In this document: one piece after another, positions 8,509 to 18,711 of the stretch
How the letters are laid out: each line of letters starts with the position of its first letter
How positions within the stretch are numbered: position 1 is the first letter of the stretch
Source: Devosia equisanguinis
Lineage (GTDB): Bacteria; Pseudomonadota; Alphaproteobacteria; Rhizobiales; Hyphomicrobiaceae
Length of the DNA stretch: 40,514 bases
Direction: 5' to 3'
NCBI GenBank assembly: GCA_945903565.1
Contig: CAMDPA010000001.1
Location: forward strand, 1 to 40,514
Translations under genes and position numbers: made by a program
Notes under the pieces: model-generated
Database searches by the model: none
What the model was told of the DNA's origin: nothing
Seen by the model: the letters and a program-made list of their open reading frames with translations, nothing else

Positions 8509-9879
8509 ATGCAGATCACGGAAACAAGCTCGGACGGACTGAAGCGGCAGTTGCGGGTGGTCATCCCCGCCACCGAGATCGGGCAGCGCTTCAAGGCGCG
8601 CCTCGATGAGGTCAAGGGCAGCGTGCAGCTCAAGGGCTTCCGCAAGGGCATGGTGCCCGAGGCGCACCTCAAGAAGCTGTTCGGCCGCTCGATGATGGCC
8701 GAGACGGTGCAGCAGATCGTCGATGAGTCGACGCGCAAGGCCTTGACCGACCGCAACGAGCGGCCCGCCGTTCAGCCCAAGATCGACCTTCCCGAGGATT
8801 CCGGCGAGATCGAGCGCGTGCTCGAAGGCAAGTCCGACCTCGCGTTCAACATGTCGTTCGAGGTGTTGCCCGCGATACAGCCGACCGACTACGCAACGCT
8901 GCAGCTCACCCGTCTAGTCGCCGACGTCGACGACGCCTCCATCGCCTCCGCGCTCGACACCATTGCCGCGCGCAATACCCGCTACGAACCCGAGGAAGGC
9001 CGCGCCGTCGGCGAAGGCGACCGCGTGACGTTCGATTTCGTCGGCTATGTCGACGGCGAGAAGCTCGACAGCGCGTCGGGCGAGGACATGGCGCTGGTCA
9101 TCGGCGAAGGCCAGTTGATCCCCGGCTTCGAGGACGGCCTCAAGGGCACCAAGGCCACCGAGGACAAGACCATCGAGCTCAACTTCCCCGACGCCTACCA
9201 GGTCGAGAACCTGAAGGGGAAACCGGCCCGCTTCGAGTGCAAGATCAAAGAGGTCGCCAAGCCCGTCAAGCCGGACATCGACGACGCCTTCGCCCAGTCG
9301 CTCGGCGCGGAGAACCTCGAAAAGCTGCGTGAGATGGTGTCCAGCCAGATCAAGCGCGAATACGACCAGGTGTCGCGCCAGAAGCTGAAGCGCGGCCTGC
9401 TCGATCAGCTGGACAAGTCGCATTCCTTCGAACTACCGCCGTCGCTGGTCGACGCGGAGTTCAACTCGGTGTGGGAGCAGGTCACGCGCCAGCTCGAGTC
9501 CGCCAAGAAGACCTTCGCCGACGAGAACAAGACCGAGGAGCAGGCCCGCGCGGAGTACCGCACGATCGCGGAGCGCCGCGTGCGTCTTGGCCTGCTGATC
9601 GGCGACATCGGCGACAAGAACAAGATCGAGGTCACCCAGGACGAACTGCGCAACGCGCTGATCGCGCGTGCCCGCCAGTTCCAGGGCCAGGAAAAGCAGG
9701 TCTTCGAGTTCTACGAGAAGAACCCGCAGGCGCTGGCCGAGCTGCGCGCGCCGATCTTCGAGGACAAGGTCGTCGACTACGTGCTCGAGCTTGCCAAGCC
9801 AACCGAGCAGAAGGTCACGCGCGAAGAGCTACTGAAGCCCGAGGACGACGAGGCAGGTCTCCCAGACGCCAGCGGCTGA
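8509..9879 (+). CDS. tig: trigger factor
   Basis: 456 aa. N-terminal ribosome-binding region with GFRKGMVP signature, central FKBP-like PPIase segment (GDRVTFDFVGYVDGEKLD...LIPGFEDGL), helical C-domain. Conserved position upstream of clpP-clpX-lon. Confidence 0.95.
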   Translation: MQITETSSDGLKRQLRVVIPATEIGQRFKARLDEVKGSVQLKGFRKGMVPEAHLKKLFGRSMMAETVQQIVDESTRKALTDRNERPAVQPKIDLPEDSGEIERVLEGKSDLAFNMSFEVLPAIQPTDYATLQLTRLVADVDDASIASALDTIAARNTRYEPEEGRAVGEGDRVTFDFVGYVDGEKLDSASGEDMALVIGEGQLIPGFEDGLKGTKATEDKTIELNFPDAYQVENLKGKPARFECKIKEVAKPVKPDIDDAFAQSLGAENLEKLREMVSSQIKREYDQVSRQKLKRGLLDQLDKSHSFELPPSLVDAEFNSVWEQVTRQLESAKKTFADENKTEEQARAEYRTIAERRVRLGLLIGDIGDKNKIEVTQDELRNALIARARQFQGQEKQVFEFYEKNPQALAELRAPIFEDKVVDYVLELAKPTEQKVTREELLKPEDDEAGLPDASG

Positions 9880-9906
9880 AGCGCGCAAAAGCGAACCGCC
9901 CCCAAC

Positions 9907-9927
9907 AAGCTGCGGCTTCGGCAGCTT
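9907..9927 (+). terminator. weak hairpin after tig (possible attenuator or terminator)
   Basis: AAGCTGC-ggcttcg-GCAGCTT, 28 nt after the tig stop. No T-tract. Confidence 0.3.
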
Positions 9928-10052
9928 AGGCCATGGCGCGGGCATAACGGGCAGTGTAGGACGTGCGTTACACACGCAGGACCAAGCGGCCTCCTGGCCG
10001 CACCGGTCCTTAACGACTGCTGCCCTGCGACGGGCTTGAGGAGTGCTGACGG

Positions 10053-10691
10053 ATGCGGGATCCGATCGAAACCTACATGGACCTCGTTCCCTACGTGATC
10101 GAGCAATCGACGCGCGGCGAACGGGGAATGGACATCTTTTCCAGGCTCTTGCGCGAACGCATCGTGTTCGTCACGGGCGGCGTGCACGACGGCATGGCCT
10201 CGATCGTGGTGGCGCAGTTGCTGCTGCTCGAATCGGAGAACCCCAAAAAGGAAATCTCCATGTACATCAACTCGCCCGGCGGGTTGGTGACCGCAGGCAT
10301 GGCGATCTACGACACCATGCAGTTCGTGCGCTGCCCGATCGTCACGCTGTGCATCGGCCAGGCCGCCTCGATGGGCTCGTTGCTGCTGTGCGCCGGCGAG
10401 AAGGGCATGCGCAATGCCCTGCCGAACGCCCGCGTGATGGTGCATCAGCCTTCCGGCGGTTTCTCCGGCCAGGCCTCCGACATCCAGCGCCACGCCGAGG
10501 ACATCGTGAAGATGAAGCGGCGCCTGAACGAGATCTACGTCAAGCACACCGGCCAGCCCTACGAACGCATCGAGAAGACCCTCGATCGCGATCACTTCAT
10601 GACGGCTGAAGAAGCAAAGACGTTCGGTCTGATCGACACGGTTCGCGACAAGCGCGAGGAACACGAACTGATCGCTTCCACGCGCACCTGA
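10053..10691 (+). CDS. clpP: ATP-dependent Clp protease proteolytic subunit, canonical copy
   Basis: GAGGAG 9 nt upstream. Canonical N-terminus [23 protein letters not shown]. Catalytic Ser (GQAASMG), His (MVHQPSGG) and Asp (LDRDHFM). Confidence 0.95.
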   Translation: MRDPIETYMDLVPYVIEQSTRGERGMDIFSRLLRERIVFVTGGVHDGMASIVVAQLLLLESENPKKEISMYINSPGGLVTAGMAIYDTMQFVRCPIVTLCIGQAASMGSLLLCAGEKGMRNALPNARVMVHQPSGGFSGQASDIQRHAEDIVKMKRRLNEIYVKHTGQPYERIEKTLDRDHFMTAEEAKTFGLIDTVRDKREEHELIASTRT

Positions 10692-10707
10692 AACACGGCA
10701 GGAACAC

Positions 10708-11355
10708 ATGATCAAGAACACCATGCCCACCCAGGCCGCGTTCTGGCCGAGCGTTATCGACAAGATCGGCGGCCGCGAGGCGACCTTCGATCTGCCCTCG
10801 CGCATGCTGATGGACCGCATCGTTTTTGTGATCGGCCCGGTCGAGGACGCCATGGCGTCGTCGATCTGCATGCAGTTGCTCTTTCTGGAGTCGCAAAACC
10901 CCAAGAAAGAGATTTCCATGTACATCAACTCGCCTGGCGGCGTGGTGACGGCAGGCATGGCGATCTACGACACGATGCAGTTCGTCAAATGCCCGATCGC
11001 GACATTGTGCATCGGACAGGCCGCATCGATGGGCTCGCTGCTGCTGTGCGCGGGCGAGAAGGGCATGCGATTCGCCCTGCCGAACGCCCGCATCATGGTG
11101 CACCAGCCCTCCGGCGGCTTCTCCGGCCAGGCCTCCGACATCGAGCGTCACGCCCTCGATATCCTGAAGATCAAGAAGCGCCTCAATGAGGTCTACGTCC
11201 ACCACACCGGCCAGACCTACGACACGATCGAGAACACCCTCGACCGCGATCACTTCATGTCGGCCCAGGAGAGCCAGGCGTTCGGCCTGATCGATCGCGT
11301 GCTCGCCAAGCGCGAGGAGATCGAATCGGTGCTGCCCGCGCAGCCACCCGCTTGA
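10708..11355 (+). CDS. ATP-dependent Clp protease proteolytic subunit, second tandem paralogue
   Basis: Starts 16 nt after clpP. Same Ser/His/Asp motifs. Core nearly identical to copy 1, but the N-terminus ([23 protein letters not shown]) and C-terminus differ. Confidence 0.92.
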   Translation: MIKNTMPTQAAFWPSVIDKIGGREATFDLPSRMLMDRIVFVIGPVEDAMASSICMQLLFLESQNPKKEISMYINSPGGVVTAGMAIYDTMQFVKCPIATLCIGQAASMGSLLLCAGEKGMRFALPNARIMVHQPSGGFSGQASDIERHALDILKIKKRLNEVYVHHTGQTYDTIENTLDRDHFMSAQESQAFGLIDRVLAKREEIESVLPAQPPA

Positions 11356-11372
11356 TCGAAACGTCATTCTAG

Positions 11373-11405
11373 AGGGCGGCACCTGGATCAGGTTTGCCGC
11401 CCTTT
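11373..11405 (+). terminator. rho-independent terminator after the clpP pair
   Basis: AGGGCGGCA-13 nt loop-TGCCGCCCT followed by TT, 18 nt after the stop. Confidence 0.75.
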
Positions 11406-11828
11406 AACTATCCCAAACCATCGCTTGTGTTGCATCGGCTATGTAAATCTACGTGCAAGTAATCCGGGACTATACTCTATGCTACGTTGTCGCGCATAAC
11501 CGCACCATTTCAACCCAGGGCAGTCCGCGCCGCACGCAATGCGCGAACCGGCGGCCTTCTCGTGACGGATTTGTCATAATAATTCGAGGGAACCGTTGCG
11601 TACAAGCAGCAATGCGGTGGAATGCCTCGAATGGTTTGGTCCGGCAGCCTTGATCCTGCCTGCAAGACCATGCTCAGATTGCGTAACGGATTCCGTTGTA
11701 GCATGTCAGTCATGGTGATCTCGGGCTTGATCCTGACGGATTGGCGTACCAACATCAGCCTAAGTCACTGCCGAGTCGGCCCAACGGTCGTCCCCGCGAA
11801 AAGCGAGAGAGAAGGGTGAGATAATCGC

Positions 11829-13088
<1,260 letters not shown>

Positions 13089-13231
13089 AGCTGGCCCATA
13101 CCGCGCGTCGATCCGGCGCGCGGCGGCGGCCAGTTGCGCCAGCGCATGGCACATATGCACGTTTTCCATAGATGAACCGGATGGGGTGCAAACCAATAGC
13201 CCTCCGGCGTATGATCCAACAAAGTCGCGAT

Positions 13232-13260
13232 CTTGGAGCAGGCGTCCGCAATCCCCATAT
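13232..13260 (+). promoter_or_regulatory. sigma-32 (RpoH)-type heat-shock promoter upstream of lon
   Basis: CTTGGAG (13232-13238), a 14-nt spacer, then CCCCATAT (13253-13260). This compares with the E. coli-type consensus CTTGAAA-N13-15-CCCCATNT. It would give a leader of about 215 nt. Confidence 0.55.
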
Positions 13261-13477
13261 GGAATTGTCCGGTGTCTGAATTCAGAGCCGATCCAGAGCT
13301 GGCCGTCAGGCGGTTCTGACCGAGTAGAGATCTGGCGGCCAAGCCGGGAGCCGCTGGGTACTTGGGTCTAGCCTCCGCCGCAATCGTCGGGGAGCGCTGG
13401 TCGATCGAACGTCAATAGGTCGGGAACCGCCGCCGTCTGGCGTGCTGCGGCTCCTACTTCGGCAAGAGACGGTGAGG

Positions 13478-15898
13478 ATGACCATGCAAAGCAAAGACAA
13501 GACCGGCGGCAAGGAGTTGTTTCCCGTTCTGCCGCTGCGCGACATCGTCGTCTTCCCACACATGATCGTGCCGCTGTTCGTCGGCCGCGAGCGCTCGATC
13601 AGCGCGCTCGAAGAAGTCATGCGCACCGACAAGCACATCCTGCTCGCCGCCCAGAAAAATGCCGGCGACGACGATCCGGCTGCGGACGCCATCTACGAGA
13701 TGGGCACGCTCGCCTCCGTGTTGCAGCTCCTCAAGTTGCCCGATGGCACGGTAAAGGTGCTGGTCGAGGGCACCCAGCGCGCGCGCATTCAGCGCTACAC
13801 TGATAATGCCGACTACTACGAGGCCGAGGTCGAGCGCGTGGCCGAAGCCGTCGGCTCGAAGGACGAGATCGAGGCGCTGTCGCGCTCGGCGGTCTCGCAG
13901 TTCGAATCCTACGTGAAGCTCAACAAGAAGATTTCGCCCGAAGTGCTGGGCACCCTCGGCACGATCGACGACTACTCCAAGCTCGCCGATACCATCGCCT
14001 CCCATCTCGCGATCAAGATCTCCGAGAAGCAGGAACTGCTCGAGGTCACCAAGATCTCGGAGCGGCTGGAGCGCGTCTATGCGCTGATGGAGTCCGAGAT
14101 CTCGGTACTGCAGGTCGAGAAGAAGATCCGCAGCCGCGTCAAGCGCCAGATGGAGAAGACGCAGCGCGAGTACTATCTCAACGAGCAGATGAAGGCGATC
14201 CAGAAGGAGCTGGGCGACGGCGACGAGCGCGACGACGTGGCCGAGTTCGAAGAGAAGATCGAGAACACCAAGCTCTCCAAGGAAGCCCGCGACAAGGCGC
14301 TCGCCGAGCTCAAGAAGCTGCGGCAGATGAGCCCGATGTCGGCCGAAGCCACGGTCGTGCGCAACTACCTCGACTGGTTGCTGTCGATCCCGTGGGGCGT
14401 GCGCGGCAAGGTCAAGAAGGACCTCAAGGAAGCGCAGGACATCCTCGACAAGGAGCACTACGGCCTCGAGAAGGTCAAGGAGCGCATCGTCGAGTATCTC
14501 GCGGTGCAGAACCGGACCAACAAGCTCAAGGGCCCCATCCTGTGCCTCGTCGGGCCCCCCGGCGTCGGCAAGACCTCGCTCGGCAAGTCGATCGCCAACG
14601 CGACCGGCCGCGAGTTCGTGCGCATGTCGCTCGGCGGCGTGCGTGACGAGGCGGAGATCCGCGGTCACCGGCGCACCTACATCGGCTCGATGCCCGGCAA
14701 GGTCATCCAGTCCATGCGCAAGGCCAAGCGCACCAACCCGCTGTTCCTGCTCGACGAGATCGACAAGATGGGATCGGACTTCCGCGGCGACCCCGCTGCG
14801 GCCCTGCTCGAAGTGCTCGATCCCGAGCAGAACGGCACGTTCAACGACCATTACCTGGAGGTCGACTACGACCTTTCCAACGTGATGTTCGTGACCACGG
14901 CCAACACGCTGAACATCCCGCCGGCCCTGATGGACCGCATGGAGATCATCCGCCTCGCCGGTTACACCGAAACCGAGAAGCTTGAAATCGCCAAGCGCCA
15001 CCTCATTCCGAGCGTGGCGACGGGCCATGGCCTGGCCGAGACCGAGTGGAGCATCGACGATGCCGCGCTCAAGGAAGTGATCCGCCGCTACACCCGCGAA
15101 GCCGGCGTACGCTCGCTCGAGCGCGAGATCTCCAAGCTCGCCCGCAAGGCGGTCAAGGATATCGTGGCCGAGAACAAGACGACGGTGGCCTTCACCAGGA
15201 CCAACCTGGAAGACTACCTCGGCGTGCCGAAGTATCGCTACGGCGAGGCGGAGGCCGAGGACCAGGTCGGCGTCGTCACGGGTCTGGCTTGGACCGAGGT
15301 TGGCGGCGAAATCCTGACCATCGAAGGCGTGATGATGCCCGGCAAGGGCAAGATGTCCGTCACCGGCAACCTGCGCGACGTGATGAAAGAATCGATCCAG
15401 GCCGCCAACGCCTATGTGCGTTCGCGCTCGGTCGACTTCGGCATCCCCGCCTCGATGTTCGAAAAGAAGGACATCCACGTCCACGTCCCCGAGGGCGCCA
15501 CACCCAAGGACGGCCCGTCCGCAGGTGTCGCGATGGTCACGGCGATCGTCTCTGTACTGACCGGTATTCCCGTCCGCAAGGATGTCGCCATGACCGGCGA
15601 GATTACGTTGCGCGGCCGTGTACTGCCGATCGGCGGCCTCAAGGAAAAGCTGCTGGCCGCACTGCGCGCCGGCATCCGTACCGTGCTGATCCCCGAGGAG
15701 AACGTGAAGGATCTCGCCGACATCTCAGCCGAGGTGAAGGCCGCGCTCCAGATCATCCCGGTCAATCGCGCCGACGACGTTCTGAAGAACGCCCTGGTGC
15801 GGATGCCCGATGCGATCGCCTGGGAAGTCGAAGCTCCCGCCGCAGCGGCTGTTCCCGCGACCGATGACAAGGGCGCCCCCCGCGTCGTCGCGCACTGA
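13478..15898 (+). CDS. lon: endopeptidase La (Lon protease)
   Basis: ORF opens at 13442. ATG at 13478 or 13484 follows GGTGAGGA. Then [25 protein letters not shown] (Lon N-domain), Walker [10 protein letters not shown], and catalytic Ser in PKDGPSAG. Start uncertain within 6 nt. Confidence 0.95.
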   Translation: MTMQSKDKTGGKELFPVLPLRDIVVFPHMIVPLFVGRERSISALEEVMRTDKHILLAAQKNAGDDDPAADAIYEMGTLASVLQLLKLPDGTVKVLVEGTQRARIQRYTDNADYYEAEVERVAEAVGSKDEIEALSRSAVSQFESYVKLNKKISPEVLGTLGTIDDYSKLADTIASHLAIKISEKQELLEVTKISERLERVYALMESEISVLQVEKKIRSRVKRQMEKTQREYYLNEQMKAIQKELGDGDERDDVAEFEEKIENTKLSKEARDKALAELKKLRQMSPMSAEATVVRNYLDWLLSIPWGVRGKVKKDLKEAQDILDKEHYGLEKVKERIVEYLAVQNRTNKLKGPILCLVGPPGVGKTSLGKSIANATGREFVRMSLGGVRDEAEIRGHRRTYIGSMPGKVIQSMRKAKRTNPLFLLDEIDKMGSDFRGDPAAALLEVLDPEQNGTFNDHYLEVDYDLSNVMFVTTANTLNIPPALMDRMEIIRLAGYTETEKLEIAKRHLIPSVATGHGLAETEWSIDDAALKEVIRRYTREAGVRSLEREISKLARKAVKDIVAENKTTVAFTRTNLEDYLGVPKYRYGEAEAEDQVGVVTGLAWTEVGGEILTIEGVMMPGKGKMSVTGNLRDVMKESIQAANAYVRSRSVDFGIPASMFEKKDIHVHVPEGATPKDGPSAGVAMVTAIVSVLTGIPVRKDVAMTGEITLRGRVLPIGGLKEKLLAALRAGIRTVLIPEENVKDLADISAEVKAALQIIPVNRADDVLKNALVRMPDAIAWEVEAPAAAAVPATDDKGAPRVVAH

Positions 15899-15944
15899 CA
15901 AGCCACGGTACTGGCCTACGGCACTGATTTACCCCACACACGAG

Positions 15945-15977
15945 ACCCCGGCCCGCATCCGCAGGCCGGGGTTTTTC
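15945..15977 (+). terminator. rho-independent terminator after lon
   Basis: ACCCCGGCC-10 nt loop-GGCCGGGGT followed by TTTT. A second small hairpin, CCCGT-gttt-ACGGG-CTTTTT, lies at 16017-16036. Confidence 0.85.
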
Positions 15978-16200
15978 GCACGTGCGGCATAAAGCGTCCG
16001 TTTCCCCCGGTTTCTTCCCGTGTTTACGGGCTTTTTGGCCGGTTTTCCGCTTGACGCACACGCAGCAAACGGGTTGTTTGTGACGCTCTGTTGCACCTGC
16101 AGCAGTTCGCACGAGCGTGTCCACTGCCGATCCCCTCGAAGACCGCCGTAGCCGAGCGCGAGCTCGCGCCGTTTCACGACCAAGGAGAAGGACGAAAGCC

Positions 16201-16476
16201 ATGAGCAAACAGGATTTGATCGACGCCGTCGCCACCAGCACCGAGCTGACCAAGGAGAAGGCTGGCGCGGCCGTCAATGCCATGATCGGCTACATCGAGG
16301 CGACATTGGCAAAGGGCGAGGAAGTCTCGATTCCTCCGCTCGGCAAGTTCAAGATCACCGCGCGCAAGGCCCGCGACGGCCGCAACCCCACAACGGGCGC
16401 GACCATCAAGATCCCCGCTTCCAACGTGCCGAAGTTCCAGCCGTCCAAGACGCTCAAGGACGCGGTGAACAAGTAG
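16201..16476 (+). CDS. hupB: DNA-binding protein HU
   Basis: ATG at 16201 after AAGGAGAAGG. 91 aa: MSKQDLIDAVA...GKFKITARKARDGRNPTTGATIKIPASNVPKFQPSKTLKDAVN, the classic HU/IHF fold signature. Conserved position after lon. Confidence 0.92.
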   Translation: MSKQDLIDAVATSTELTKEKAGAAVNAMIGYIEATLAKGEEVSIPPLGKFKITARKARDGRNPTTGATIKIPASNVPKFQPSKTLKDAVNK

Positions 16477-16501
16477 ATGCGCATTTTCAGAACACAACGA
16501 G

Positions 16502-16537
16502 CGGCGTCCCGGGAGATCGGGGCGCCGTTTGCTTGTT
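16502..16537 (+). terminator. rho-independent terminator after hupB
   Basis: GGCGTCCCG-ggagat-CGGGGCGCC (one G-T pair) followed by GTTTGCTTGTT. Confidence 0.75.
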
Positions 16538-16593
16538 GGGGTGCGCAACGCGTTGTTGCAGATCGGCGCGCCGAAGGGTAAACCGGCGTTCGT

Positions 16594-16668
16594 GGGTGGT
16601 TAGCTCAGCGGTAGAGCGCCTCGTTTACACCGAGGATGTCGGGGGTTCGAAACCCTCACCGCCCACCA
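16594..16668 (+). tRNA. tRNA-Val (anticodon UAC)
   Basis: Acceptor GGGTGGT/ACCGCCC, D-arm TAGCTCAGCGGTAGAGC, anticodon stem CCTCG/CGAGG with loop TTTACAC, T-arm GGGGGTTCGAAACCCTC, discriminator A and encoded CCA. Confidence 0.93.
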
Positions 16669-16669
16669 T

Positions 16670-16746
16670 ATCGCCCTGCGGGCGATTGCGAGAGGCTTCG
16701 CCCCTCGCGCTCCCTGACCAGGGGCTTGCCCCTGGACCCGCCACTA
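16670..16746 (+). repeat. triple-hairpin interspersed repeat, copy A
   Basis: ATCGCCC-tgc-GGGCGAT, then GCGAGAGG-cttc-CCCCTCGC, then CCAGGGGC-tt-GCCCCTGG, then GACCCGCC. Fills the whole gap between tRNA-Val and the carA stop. Confidence 0.8.
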
Positions 16747-17967
16747 TCACCGCTCCTTGACGGCAGCCTGCCCGGCGCGCTTGCGCATCAGGTTCACGAA
16801 CCGCGTGAAAAGGTAGTGGCTGTCCTGCGGACCGGGCGATGCCTCCGGGTGATACTGCACCGAGAACACCGGCTTGCCGTCGAGTTTCAGGCCGCAATTG
16901 GTGTCGTCGAACAGCGAGACGTGCGTCTCCTTCACACCGGCCGGCAGGCTGTCGCGATCCACCGTAAAGCCGTGATTCATCGAGGTGATCTCGACCTTAC
17001 CCGTGGTGTGATCCTTGACCGGATGGTTCGCGCCGTGATGGCCCTGATGCATCTTGCGCGTACGCCCGCCCAGCGCCAGCGCCAGCATCTGATGGCCCAG
17101 GCAGATACCGAACACCGGCAGGCCCGTGGCAACGAGCTTCTTGATCTCGGGCACCGCGTATTTTCCGGTCGCCGCGGGATCGCCCGGACCATTCGACAGG
17201 AACACGCCGTCGGGCTTGCGGCCGAGCACGTCCTCCGCTGTCGCCGTCGCGGGCACCACCGTCACGCGGCAGCCGGCACTCGCCAGACACCGCAGAATAT
17301 TGCGCTTCAGGCCGTAATCGAGCGCGACGACATGGAACGGCGCGGCTTCGTTGCGCGCATAGCCTTTGTCCCACACCCAGCGCATCTCGTCCCACGTATA
17401 GCTCTGCCCGCAGGTTACTTCCGGCACGAGATCCATGCCGTCGAGCCCCGGCCACGCCTTCGCCTCGGCCTTGAGCTTCGCCAGATCGAATTTGCCGTCG
17501 GGCGCATGCGCGATCACGCCGTTGGGCATGCCCTTCTCGCGGATCAGCACCGTCAGCGCGCGCGTATCGATGCCACCGATCCCGATGATGCCGCGGGCTT
17601 TCAACCAGGCATCGAAGTGCTTGATATCGCGATAGTTCGAGGGGTCGGTTACGCCCGCACGCAGCACACAGCCGCGCACGCCCGCGCGCGCCACGAGGTT
17701 CGAGGTTTCCGAGTCTTCCGTATTGGTCCCGACGTTGCCGACGTGGGGGAACGTGAAAGTGATGATCTGGCCGGCGTAGGACGGATCCGTCAGGATCTCC
17801 TGATAGCCTGTTATCGCCGTGTTGAAGCACACTTCGCCCACCGCCGAACCGGTCGCGCCCAGGCCGTCGCCCTCGATCACGGTGCCATTGGCGAGCACCA
17901 GGCGGGCCGTGCGCGGTGTCTCGCCCCATGCGGGGGGGGCGGGTCGGCTGGAAATGATCGTGCTCAT
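16747..17967 (-). CDS. carA: carbamoyl-phosphate synthase small (glutamine amidotransferase) subunit
   Basis: 406 aa. CPSase small-chain N-domain ([28 protein letters not shown]) and class-I GATase with nucleophile in GICLGHQM and HGANHPV. No carB adjacent. Confidence 0.95.
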   Translation of the reverse strand: MSTIISSRPAPPAWGETPRTARLVLANGTVIEGDGLGATGSAVGEVCFNTAITGYQEILTDPSYAGQIITFTFPHVGNVGTNTEDSETSNLVARAGVRGCVLRAGVTDPSNYRDIKHFDAWLKARGIIGIGGIDTRALTVLIREKGMPNGVIAHAPDGKFDLAKLKAEAKAWPGLDGMDLVPEVTCGQSYTWDEMRWVWDKGYARNEAAPFHVVALDYGLKRNILRCLASAGCRVTVVPATATAEDVLGRKPDGVFLSNGPGDPAATGKYAVPEIKKLVATGLPVFGICLGHQMLALALGGRTRKMHQGHHGANHPVKDHTTGKVEITSMNHGFTVDRDSLPAGVKETHVSLFDDTNCGLKLDGKPVFSVQYHPEASPGPQDSHYLFTRFVNLMRKRAGQAAVKER

Positions 17968-18166
17968 GCGTTCTCCGCGAGGGCCCGGCGGCGCGGAAGG
18001 CCGCGCGGAGCGCTATCTATATGATTTGCCGGGAACCTAAGCCCCACCCCCTCCCCCGTCAACAAAGCCCGCCGTCGCAGGGGATCTGGGGACCGCCACC
18101 GCCCCCGCCTTGCTCTGGTCCAGCCCCCGGCCTACATCTGCCCCACACAGTAACCGGAGAGCGAAC

Positions 18167-18622
18167 ATGCTGCGCGACGCCATTTCTGACGCCATGAAGG
18201 TCGCCATGAAGTCCGGCCAGAAGGAACGGCTCGGCACGATCCGCTTGATGCTGTCCGCGCTCAAGGACCGCGAGCTCGGCATCGGCGGCGCCGCCCCCAC
18301 AGGGACCACGACCGATCAGGACGTCGTCCAGGTCCTGCAGAAGATGGTCAAGCAGCGCCGCGATTCGATCGCCACCTACGTGCAAGGCGCCCGCCAGGAC
18401 CTCGCCGACAAGGAAGCCGCCGAGATCACCGTGATCGAGGAGTTCCTGCCCAAGATGATGGACGAGGCCGCCACCCGCGCCGCCATCGCCGCCCTGATCG
18501 CCGAAGTCGCCGCGGCCGGGCCCAAGGACATGGGCAAAGTGATGGGGCCCCTCAAGACCCGCTTCGCCGGCCAGATGGACATGGGCCGCGCCAGCGCCCT
18601 GGTGAAGGAGATGCTGGTGTAA
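18167..18622 (+). CDS. GatB/YqeY domain-containing protein
   Basis: ATG at 18167 after GGAGAG. MLRDAISDAMKVAMKSGQKERLGTIRLMLSALKDRE... plus C-terminal GPKDMGKVMGPLKTRFAGQMDMGRASALVKEML, typical of YqeY. Confidence 0.85.
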   Translation: MLRDAISDAMKVAMKSGQKERLGTIRLMLSALKDRELGIGGAAPTGTTTDQDVVQVLQKMVKQRRDSIATYVQGARQDLADKEAAEITVIEEFLPKMMDEAATRAAIAALIAEVAAAGPKDMGKVMGPLKTRFAGQMDMGRASALVKEMLV

Positions 18623-18625
18623 ACG

Positions 18626-18711
18626 CGTAGGGCGGAATAGGCCTTTGGGCCGTATTCCGCCGGCAACGGTGCAACGGCGCGATACGCCAAAGTTGGCTAT
18701 TGCGCCCTACG
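18626..18711. repeat. REP-like inverted pair (CGTAGG-headed palindromic units) between convergent genes
   Basis: CGTAGGGCGGAATAGGCC (18626-) contains the hairpin GGCGGAATA/TATTCCGCC (18631-18661). The inverted copy GGCTATTGCGCCCTACG (18695-18711) overlaps the stop codon of the LLM gene. Confidence 0.7.

Noticed and set aside
11453-11819. Small ORFs in the clpP'-clpX spacer (11453..11653 +, 11510..11755 -, 11622..11819 +)
   Set aside because: They are mutually overlapping, have no SD sequences, low and unbiased GC3, and odd composition. The region is treated as non-coding.
13454-15484. Long antisense ORFs opposite lon (13454..15484), dnaG (20105..21616), rpoD (22922..24025), carA (16636..18024), the amidohydrolase (1521..3041) and the clpP genes (9777..10958, 10597..11382)
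   Set aside because: Each overlaps a gene with unambiguous conserved motifs on the other strand. They show the low-complexity Arg/Ala/Gly/Asp composition expected from the complement of GC3-rich codons.
16051-16079. Sigma-70 promoter for hupB (TTGACG-N17-TTGTTT)
   Set aside because: The -35 is good but the -10 hexamer matches TATAAT at only two positions. This is too weak to report as a feature.
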